Source: Geosiphon pyriformis uo1 (Eukaryota > Fungi > Glomeromycota). Taken from it: a DNA stretch of 64,000 nucleotides. The stretch covers positions 124,001-188,000 of the forward strand of contig JAAOMT010000760.1 of the NCBI GenBank assembly GCA_016748015.1, read 5' to 3'. Shown in pieces: positions 52,201 to 63,129 of this stretch; position 1 is the stretch's first letter; every line of letters starts with the position of its first letter. The translations under genes and the position numbers were made by a program. A model generated the notes under the pieces. It was not told where the DNA came from and ran no database searches. It worked only from the letters and a program-made list of their open reading frames with translations.

Positions 52201-55200
52201 TTCAAAACCAAAAAATTGTCATCACGAAGGACATTATGAGTGCTGCATGCTGAAAAAATCTTGTCTGAGAGTATTTTGGAGAGAATTTTACAAGCCATCT
52301 CAATCAGTGCAATAGAATGAGTATTTGTAAGAACACTCTCCCATTCATATGGTTTGGGAATTATTGAAACCCAAGCTTCCCTCTAGGGGCCAAGGACAGA
52401 TTCTTCAGATAAGCAAGAGTTCAAAAGCACCAAGAGCATATTAAAGACCGAAATATTGCAATGTTTCCAAAGCTTATTTGAGATACCTGAAAGGCCAGCA
52501 GCTTTGCCATCTGGCAGGTTGGAGACAACCCCAAACAGTTCGTCAAAGTCAATCAAACTCATTACACCAGAAAAAGCTTCATTGAAAACATAACTTAGAG
52601 AATGATACTGGTGACTCATCATTAACGTCAAGCACCACCTTTCGCTTTCTAGTCCAACCTTCCATAATCTCATCCACCTTGGACTTTACTGGAGCAGGAT
52701 CTAACACCAGCTCATCTCCTACCACCAAATAGTCTAAAACCATCTTGCAGAAGGGTCATTCCAAAACACTACATACAATATGACTTTTGTTCAACTCAAA
52801 ACTCTTCATTCTTTTGTCAATCACCAACTTAATCTGGGATTCTTTGGCACAATTTGATTCTGACAACTTAAATGAATGGTAGGATTTCCTGATCTTGGCC
52901 AAAGCTGAATGAATGGTATCAAAATGGGAACCTGAAAGAAAAAGAGAATCTACAACAGAAGCGTTAGCAGAATCAATTCCTTTCCATGTATCAAGTAGAG
53001 AAACAAACTCCTCATGAGAAACCAGATAAGAGGCTTTGACAATTTTCGACACCAAAAGTTCTAATTTGTGAAATCTGGATAATACTTTATTATAGACACT
53101 ATCAAAATCTTTAAACTACTTTTTTTTGAAAACATTCTCAGCCGACAAACACACCACTTGGTGAAGGTGACCCCACATTGTGTTCAGGTCCAGACTCATC
53201 TTGGCAGCATAAAATTTATCATGGAACATGGCAGCATTCGCTGATGTATCTTCTTTAAACTTGATCTATTCAGTATCACCAGCATTCACAAAATTGTACT
53301 TCTAATGATCCTTATTTACTTGTTTGCGCAATGTGTTCAACTGCACATCCAGCAAACCACCAAGACCCACAGAAACAGAAACAGCTTTATGATCAGTATC
53401 AAAATACTCTTCAACACCAGACACATCATGATCCAGAATTGTATTAACTAGACTCGACAACACAAACACATAATCAATAATTTTAGCCACTCCATAAGAA
53501 TTGGCCCATGTAGCTTCCTTTCCAAACAAGCTTCCATTCAAGGAGTTGACCAAACCCAAATCAAAACATTTTCTGAAGCTGACACTTTTATGAGAACCAT
53601 CTTCATTGAAATCTCCACCCAAGATGATGAAAGAAGACTCATTTACTGCCCTCGCAACCAAAGAATTGACATCATTCACCTAAGAGAACCATACTGCTAA
53701 AGATGATCCAGCATACAGCCCCAAAACTAACACAGACAGTTTATTTTTGAAAAGAAGCTTGATAGAAAGAAACCGGCCAGGAATGTCCGAAACCTTACAC
53801 ACATGCTGAGCTAAGAAATTGTTCATAATGATTGTGATCCCAGAACCCATGTGACCAGAATTCAAACCAGAAGTAAAAACCCGAACACCAACAAACTTGT
53901 TCATGATCCAAGGGCGAATCCTATCTTTCAACTTAGTCTCAGTAATAATTGAAATCATATTGTTTATTTCTTTATGCCAATGAATAATATCCTCCTGTTT
54001 TGCAAGATTGTTTATTCTCCTAACATTGCACATAGCAATTTTCCAAATATAACTGGTCATTGAGACGAGGAGAGGACCTGAGGACCCGAACCAGCACACA
54101 TCTGCTCTAACTTCGCCAAAATCGAGCCAATGGAGGCATTGAGGGCAACCAACTTTAACTCTAAAATGCCAATTTTAGAAGTTAGCACCTTGGAACTACT
54201 CAGACCCAATTGAGAATTGTCATTGCTAGAAGAGAGAGAAATGGACTGAATTAAAGGAACATCTAACACCATGTTGGAACCCAAGTCAGAGTCATCAACT
54301 ATAAGAGAATCAGAAATGGATGGGTGAGGAGTATTCACAGAAGGAATTACACTAGAAGGAGGAGTTAAAGGCACCAAACTGAGATTGTTAAGACGAAGAA
54401 GAATGTTCGAAATTTAATTAGATAAAAGCTCTACAGAGTACTTAAGGGGGAATCAACCATAGAAAGAGGGGGAAGAGTACCACCTGAACTTGAAGCACCA
54501 AAGAACAGAGAACCAGAACCAGAGCCATCACGAAAACCATAAGAGACTGAAGCAACTGAGACCACTTGGGCTCAGGATTTGCCTCCAAAAGCAATAGGAC
54601 AAGAGATCGGAACTTTCTTTTTAGCATATAATTTGGCCAGTTGGAGATAAGTATTTAAGTTAGCAGGCCTTTTAAATGACTTGGGTGACTGAGAAGCTGA
54701 TGCAACCTCAGCATCACATTCCAAAGCAGAATAACCAAATTTCTCACACCATTCACAGCGAACTAAATCCAACCTAGCCCATAAGAGTTTCATACTACCA
54801 AAGATTGGCTCCATGCAAAAAGCTGACTCCATAGCTTCATTAGATTCAAAACAGACTACAGCACAGTGAGTTCTATTGCCAGTCTTTAATGAATGATTGA
54901 TAACACAAGTTTTCTCACCAGTCCCTTCCAAAAGAGTTCCAAAATCATGAGCTGTTGTTCCTACTGGCAATGTGAACAGAAGTGCCCTGAATTGATCCCT
55001 AAAAGCCCATGTCTCATGATCTCCCATGACTTTTGCCACATGCACAGAATCTTTTCCAATTAAGAAGAACCATTTTGAAGCCAATTGCTCTGCCTGTTCT
55101 GGTTCGGCAAATTCCACTACAGCTTTTTGCCACATGCTGATCAGCTGAATTTTGATTGATTTAATTTCCCCAAATTCAGACACTGCGGTGATGATCATAT

Positions 55201-56028
55201 CTTTTGGCGTGTCCATGGGAATTTTTTTGATCATCACAGCCCGATCTGACCTAATTTCTTGTTTCTTAAGATTGCTGTTTACTGTGATGTCATTTTTCTT
55301 GGCCAATAAAACAGTCTTTTCCATGCTTGCTTCAAAGGTGAAGGTAGATCTGATGATCCCTTCAAATTTTGAAAGAGTAGTGGCCCCCCAAAACCATTGA
55401 TTCTTGAAAATAATTTTCTTATGGTGTGAGTTTTGGCCATTGCCAATTTCTCTTCTATAGCCAAAAGATTGATGTCCAAAGCAAAAGATTTTTTTACAGC
55501 CACTTCCACCTGAGTTTTAATGATTTTGGGATCAATCAACACCTTATCCAAAGAAAAAAACTTATGGAGGGGAAGAGAAACCTCCTCTTCCTCCTCCATG
55601 TTGAAATTAATAGAGCCAAGAAGGGAGCCAACAATCGCACTATTATTGAAATGCTTGGCTTGAGGTGTATTCATCTTGGAATCAGATACTTTTTCACCTT
55701 CAGAAGCCTCTCCATCAGTATCCATGTTATTAAACTGCCTGACCACTTGACCAGATCCACTACCTTTGAGAGCCATATCACTACTTGATAGCTTAGCACC
55801 ACCAGGAGGTTTCTTGACCTTATGACTTGAATCACTACTAACTGAACCAGAAGTTAGAACTCTGGTCGACCTTTTTTTAGCACTAATACCACTCATAGGA
55901 GCAGTCAAGTCAACAACAAAAGGATTTGTTTCTTGTAAAATGATGGAAGACAGTATGAAATAGCAGAAAAAACTTCTTTCAAAATATGCTTTTTGAGGAT
56001 TTTAGGAGGTAAGAGAGAAAAAAGTTTT
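49246..56028 (-). mobile_element. Full-length LINE copy 3 (ORF1 ~55900-54057; ORF2 54060-49377), many stops
   Basis: WKIAMCNVR, ILGGDFN, IDYVFV, FDTDH, GLDQGKVF, AFIDNT, RNase H, CLYCGDVEVSDHVFSC; conserved 3' UTR and A tail. Confidence 0.93.
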
Positions 56029-56151
56029 AATTTATATAGTAAAATCTAAATAATTTTAATTTTAAACTTAATTAATAGTTATTTATAAATTAAAATAAAT
56101 TGAAAAAAACAGTATTTACTATGTAAAAAAATTATTGTGTTTTTTGTATTT

Positions 56152-59100
56152 TTATTTTTTTATTTTTTTATTTTATTTTAACGAGTAAAGTCCAAATGCA
56201 ACCTAGTGCTATACATTATACAAATGATCTAAACTAGGTGCGAATCATGCGCTTTCTACACATGACCAGCCACTTGGGCCAGTCAGAACTACACTATACA
56301 CCTATATGCACAGAAACTGGATCTCCAATACTTGAAAAAAATGGACAGAACTTATAAAACCTGAAACTAACTCCGAAAGCCTCAGCCACCCCCAGCAATC
56401 TGACCACACCAGCCAAAAACACCATAGGCAAACCAGAAACTGAAGCAGGAGCGGAGCCATCATGTGAAATCAAACCGTGTCTTTCTATAAACGCTTGATG
56501 TCTGGCCTGAACCAACCAAACATCATCCCGAAATGCTAGACAAAACTCACGCACAAAGCTCACAATCCTCCTAACACCCTCCTTAGAATCTTTAAAGACC
56601 AAAACAGACTCACAAAACCATTCATCAAAAACAAAGCCCTTACACAGAGCAACACCAACTCCAATCTCAGAAACACAAGAAGCCAAGGCCTATAAGACAC
56701 ATGAAGAAGAGTGAGAAAGACCAGAAAGAGCCTCCCAAGCTGAAGCATGTGCACCCAACAAACGAGCATGGCCAACGGCATCCTGAGGACACAAAAAGAC
56801 ATGATTCGAGGTCTCAACATTACCACAAAACAGACAGACCACACTGGGGTATCTCCTATCATATAAACGCTTGTGCACAGCAACAGGAAGCTGATGATGG
56901 AGAGCCTTCATAAAGTGAGTACGACAGCCTGCCGTGTGCATGCTGGTAAAACTGGATGCCAAGTGAAAATCAGGGTGCTACACCATAGAAGACTTAGACC
57001 AATTGATATCAGCACGTAAACTATCATCCACAACACAAGAACCAACTCCAATCTCCTAACGAGCTTGATGAACTGACTGGAAAACATTACAAACAAAGTG
57101 TCTAGAGTTACCAGAAATTGCCGTACCACCAGCACATAGAAAACGTTCACTGACTAAATGAGGTAGGCGCCAAGCAGAGAGAGCAGCACCTTTGGCAAGT
57201 GTATCAGCATGCTCATTGCCTAAGACACTTGAATGACCTTTCACCTTAACCCAATTCACATCCAAATTCTTTTGATGAATGATGGTGGCAATGTGACGAC
57301 GCTCAATCCAACAGTGGTTCCTGAAATCCGGATGAACCAGCAAAGACTCCGACCTACATGCATTCAAAGCAGCCTGGCTATCCGAGAACAAGTCAATTGA
57401 ACGAGAAAAAAGAACACACTCAAGGGCCAAAGCTATGGCTTGTAGTTCTGTCAGAGTAGAAGAAACCAAACCAGACACCCCAACACTCAAACCCAAATTA
57501 ATGTCCTTAAAAAAAACAGCAGTACCTGCTCTCATGTCAATAGTGCCCAGACCAGAAAGAGATCCATCCGTATACACAGAAAGGCAGGCAGCATCAATGG
57601 TTGGCAAAGTGTCATAAATCACACCAAAATCATGAGAAAGACGAATATCAGACACAGCATGACCATCCACCAAAGAAGAACTTGAGGAGAGAGGCACAAT
57701 GCTACCAAGAAAGCGAATGGAAAGATTAAACCAGAAAGGGACTGGGCCACAAGGGTCCAGTCTCTTCCAATGCTTGAAGGTCCCCCAACTGAAAACATCC
57801 CTATTATGGTCACAAAGCTGTTCCACGAAAGCAATTCCATAACACCTGAGTGAAGAAATGCACTTGAAAAAACAGGATTCACCAAGAACCAAAGACATAA
57901 GAGTACCGTACTGATGACGAAAAGCACAAGCTAGAGGGCTTTCCAAAGACAAATCACACCCAGAAAAAATGTGAACCACACCCACCAAAAAATTATCCGA
58001 GGGACTGATAACAACACAAGCCGGAAACAGCAAGGGATGACGAGGATGCCAGCTGAGAACCTGGAGGTCATGAGACCTATGAGAAAACAAGTGACCCAAG
58101 ACACCAGTAGAATTTGCAAAAGCAACAACGGAGGCCGATTTACTCTCAGCCTGGATCTGTTCGAAAGTTTTTAAATTGTACAAAGAGGGGTGATGAAATG
58201 CATCACTGGAGAAATCACGTGGCAATCCAGACTTGGACTTTAAGACCTTGCATACCAAAGCATCCTATTTATTACAAATACCAACAGAAACGAAACTGAA
58301 TTGAGTCCTGTAGCTAATGATAGAGAAAAGAACTGCAGACACCAAATATGCACACTGTTTGTCCAAAATTGCCTTTCTCAAAACAAGATTCACAAAAAAC
58401 CATACATCAGCCTGAGCTTTAGCCAAGCTAGGCTTCGAAAGACTCTCAGAAGACAAAAAAATACCCAAATAGTGATGAGATTCCCCTCTCTTGGCAATGG
58501 AAATAGGTGCACCACTGATAGTTAAATGAGGATCCAGCACCCGGCAATTAATGGGGATGGCCACTGTTTTGTCATTGTTAACAAAAATATTTTTAAACCT
58601 AAAAAACTCACTAGCAACATCAAGGATGCATTGTGTAGCAGCCTGGCTGCTACCAACCCAAATAGTATCATCGACAAAAGCGCCGGCAGCAAGAAACAAA
58701 GACAGCCCAGCTTGAGGATCCACCCAGCCAGTTCTTGATATGAAATGAGAATTCAACCTGTAGTCATACACACTATCCTGTCTCTTGACCTTGCACAAAA
58801 GTGAATCATAAAAAATATGCCAGAGAAAAGGCGAGAAGACTTCTCCCTGATCCAGCTCATTGTAGACACAATACCCATCAGTCAAGCCAAAGTCAGTCAT
58901 CACTTTATTGACGTGACCATTGTGAATACTGCCAAAAAATCTAATAAATCTGTCACATATTTTGATCCTGACTAGACTCTTCTTAAGATGTTCTCAACCA
59001 ACCGAGTCATAAGCCTTGCGCATGTCCTGTAAAACCAGCCAAAGTTCACGGTTCTTCTCCAAGACATCCTCAACCACAGAACCAATAGCAAAAATAGGAG

Positions 59101-62100
59101 ATTGCATCGTCGTACCCTTCAAAACCGAAAAATTATTCCCACAAAGAACATCAAAAGTGCTGCAAGCCAGAGAGATCCTATCTGAAAGGATCTTAGAGAG
59201 AATCTTGCGGGCCATTTCAATTAAAGCTATAAGACGGGTGTTTGTGAAAACACCTTCCTATTTATATGGTTTAGGAATTATTGAAACCCAAGCTTCTTTC
59301 CAAGGCCCAGAGACTGACTCGCCAACCAAACAGAAATTCAAGAGCACCAAAAGCATATTCAAAACAAATTTGTCACAATGTTTCCATAATTCATTGAAGA
59401 TACCAGAAAGACCAGCTGCTTTTCCATCAGGAAGATCCTTAACAACAGCTGACAATTCATCAAAACTAATCGAACACATGACATCAGAAAAAGCACCATC
59501 GAACACATAATCCAGAGGCCAATATTAACGAGCCCAATCCTCAGACAAGTTAGACACCATCTCACGTTTTCTGGTCCATCCCTCTATAATTTTGTCCACC
59601 TTAGACTTAACCAAAACAGGCTCTAAAATCAACTCATTATCTACAACCAAATGATCCAGGACCATCTTGTGAAAAAGATGCTCCAAAACACTCCTAATGG
59701 TGTGACTCTTGTTCAGCTCAAAACTTTCCATCTTCTTACCAATAGCCTGCTTGATCGAGGATTCCTCAGCGCACTTGGATTTCACTAATTTGAAGGAGCA
59801 GTATGATTTTCTTGCTTTGGCCAGCGCAGAACAAATAAGATTAAAATTAGAACCTGAAAGAAACAGAGACTTAACCACTGATGCACCAGGAGAGTCGAGT
59901 CTGTGCCACACCTCCAACAAAGAAGCAAAACCATCACTAGAAGCCTAACGCAAAGCCTTGACCAACTTAGAAACCAGCAGCTCCAGTTTGTGAAACCTAG
60001 AAGAGGTCTTGGTAAACACGCCATCAAAACCTTTGAACCATTTTTTCTTAAATGTACCACCTGCTAAAAGAACCATAATCTTGCGAACAATGTCCCACAT
60101 AGCGTCCAAATCTGAAAATCTTACTGCCACACCAAAAGCATCCGAGAACATAGAGACATTAGCAGCTGAGGCATCCCTGAACTCCAACCACTTAGCTTCA
60201 TTGGCATTTTTAACATCAAACTTCCAATGGTCTTTATTCGCTTGCTTGCAAAGAGAATTCAAACACGTATTCAAGAGCCCGCCCAAACCCAAATCCACTG
60301 AAACAGCTTGATGGTCTGTGTCAAAATGCTTACTGACATTCAAAACTTTATGATACACTATTGCATTGACAAGACTTGAGGAGACAAACATGTAATCAAT
60401 TGTTTTTTTAACACCCCTAAAATTTTTCCAAGTGGACATTTTTGCAGCCGAGCTACCAACTAAAGAATTAACTAAACCCAAATCAAAGCATCTTTTGAAA
60501 CTTGCACTTTTATGAGAGCCGTTTTCATTAAAATCGCCACTGAGAATGATGAAAGAAGATTCGTTGACAGTCTTCACAATGAGAGAATTGATTTCATTAG
60601 CCTGAGAAAACCAAATCACCGAAGAAGCACCAGCATAAAGCCCCAAAATTGACACAGAAAGTTTGCTCTTGAAAAGTAATTTAATGGAAAAGAGCCGACC
60701 AGGCACCTCAGAAACCTTGCACACATGATGAGCCAGAAATGTCTATGATAACAGCAACACCTGCACCCAAGTGACCGGAGTTCAAACCAGAAGAGAACAC
60801 TCGGACACCATCAAACTTGTTTGCAATCCATGGACGAACCCTACTTTTTAATTTCATTTCAGTAACAATAGAAACCAAATTGTTCATTTCCTTATGCCAC
60901 CTAATAATGTCCTCTTGCTTAGTGGGAATGTTCATGCTCCTGATGTTGCACATAGCAACTTTCCAGACTAAACTGCTCATTGAGTGAGGGGTAGAGACAC
61001 CGAAAGCACACCTATACTATTCACTTTGGCCGAAAGGCCCAGAACCATCTCCATTAGACACTTCATGCTGTCTTCCAGCTTAGACACCGAAGACATATCA
61101 AAAGACACTGCTCCTGCGACATTCCCACCACTAGTGGACACATCTGAACCCTCACTCATCACTACATCTGCCCCTTGATCCTGTGATGAAGGAGTCACCA
61201 ATGGCTGACATCCAGGGCTAGGCTGGGGAACCGTTGGCCCGAGTGCATCCAATCTCTTAGCCAGCTTACCAACTTGCTCCGCAAGGCTGGTGAGACTGCA
61301 CTCAAGAGCGGCGAACCTATTGTTGACTTCTATCACAACCGGTTGGGATGGCTTCATCTCCGAAGAGGAACCATTATTCACCACAATGTTTTGACCAGAA
61401 AGGGGGGGCGAAAAAGATCCGCGAGCAACCTCTGCTTAAGAGAGACCACCAAAAGAGACCGGATGGGCAACTGGAGCCAAGCGTTTGGCATAGATGGTTG
61501 CTAGCCTGCTTTTATTTGTATCTGAGAAAACTCTACACAGCAAACTACCAAAAAATAATTTCCCACCAACTGCACAACCCAATGACGTGTGACCCAATTT
61601 CTCACACTTGGCGCATTTAGCAGAAATGAGGCGAGACCAGTGAAGATTGGTGTTCCTGAGTACTGGCGTGGTTCCCACAGCAGCATCCAATGATTCAGCA
61701 GAGTCGAAACAAACAACAACACACCTGGCCTGAGCATACGTAACTGAATAACGATCAATGACACACGTTTTCCCACTCACAGATCTAACAAAGTCCCAGA
61801 TATCATGAGCGTTGGTCCCCATCAGCAATGTGTATAGCAGTGCCTTATGTTGGTCCCTTACATCCCATGCTTTCTTGTCTGAATCAGCCCTAGCCACATG
61901 CACAGCATCTTTCCCGATTAAGATGGACCACTCAGCTGCGACCAAATCAGCCTGATCCAATTGTTCGAATTCTACCATCGCCTTCTGCCACAGCCCGATT
62001 AACTGCATCTTAATTGCCTTAATAACTCCAAACTCGGATAGTGCAGTGCGCACAGCCTCAGCCGATGTTCCAATTGGAATTTTTTTCACGACCACAGCCT

Positions 62101-62911
62101 GATCTGATCGCCCAGATGATCTCTTAAGATCGGTGTTTACCATAATATTCGCACCAGTAGCCTTTTCAGTGGCCTTTATTAGACCCGATTCGGAAGTGAA
62201 TGTCACTCTGATGATCCCTGAGAATTTTGAGGGGGTAGATGCCCCCCCAAAACCATTAATTCCAGAAAATAATTTTCTCACCACCACAAGCTTTTCCTGA
62301 GAAGATTTGCCGGCCACTTTATCCAAGCCAATATTCAATGCAAATGACTTCCTGACTGGAATGTTGACCAAATTTTTCATAGAAGGAGGGAGCTCAAGAG
62401 GAGCATCCGAGAGAACACCATCATCACTACCATCTTTTGAGAAGTCAATCTTTCCCAACGGCTTGCCCAATGTCTTTTTGGTTCTAACCTTCGAACTCAT
62501 GGGCATCCAATCATAATTTCCACCAGCCAGAGCTCCACCTTCATCATAATCAAAGCTGGTTTTCTCTACCAGACACTCCTCTTCCATATTGACACTTTCA
62601 GACTCAGTAGTGTTCCCAGTCTCTGAACCCCATGAACAAACACCAGGAACTCCAGCAGCAACCTCTCCATTATCAACACCCTCTGCCAACGCACTTCTCT
62701 TCCTCTTCTTCTTTGATGCAACTGCCTTAAAACCACTCTCAGAACCAGAAACTTTAGCAGTTTTTTTCATAACAGCAATAACGGAGCCAACAGTAGCCTC
62801 GTAATCGAAGAATAGTTTTGATTTATCGTACTGAATAGTAAAAAACTTCTTTCAAAAAAACTTTTGACTCTTTTTTTGGGAATTTTGAACGAAGGAAAGA
62901 AAGAAGTTTTT
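56152..62911 (-). mobile_element. Full-length LINE copy 4 (ORF1 62770-60977; ORF2 60980-56294), best preserved
   Basis: ORF1 with CAKCEKLGHTSLGC knuckle. ORF2 APE (SGDFN, IDYMF, TDH), RT (LQDMRKAYDSV, AFVDDT), RNase H (VYTDGSL..ELQA..FSDSQAA..KVKGHSSVLGNEHADTLAK), CLFCGNVETSNHVFLC. Flanked by a 12-nt direct repeat TTTTTTGTATTT (56140-56151, 62912-62923). Confidence 0.95.
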
Positions 62912-63129
62912 TTTTTTGTATTTATTATTATACCAATAATATTATAATTATTAATAAATATTACATATTTAAAACTTTTATAAAAATTAGTTGTTTTTTA
63001 TTTAGACAATATTAATATTTATTCATTTATTTTAAAACTTATTTTTACTATTTGTAAAAATTAAAATTTAATATTAAAAAAATTATTTAACAAAAAAAAT
63101 TTAATATTTTTATTTATTTATTAAAGTTT

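Larger units (their letters stand above)
35559..56045. repeat. Four copies of the junction motif TATAGTAAAAT (35559, 42339, 49235, 56035) bounding LINE copies 1-3
   Basis: Exact 11-mer at each junction, spaced 6780, 6896 and 6800 nt apart. Confidence 0.9.

Noticed and set aside
56230-56290. tRNA-like A-box (TGGCCCAAGTGG) and B-box-like GATTCGCACC in the LINE 3' tails
   Set aside because: The A-box has an extra base, the B-box lacks GTTCRA, the spacing is short and no cloverleaf forms; the hairpin model fits better.
36301-62516. Numerous plus-strand ORFs of 60-170 aa inside the LINEs
   Set aside because: Antisense shadows of ORF1/ORF2 with no consistent conserved protein between copies.
35559-62923. 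LINE array as a segmental tandem duplication, LTR elements or a CRISPR-like array
   Set aside because: The copies are too diverged; there are no LTRs, integrase or protease; the repeated 11-mer separates 6.8-kb elements, not spacers.
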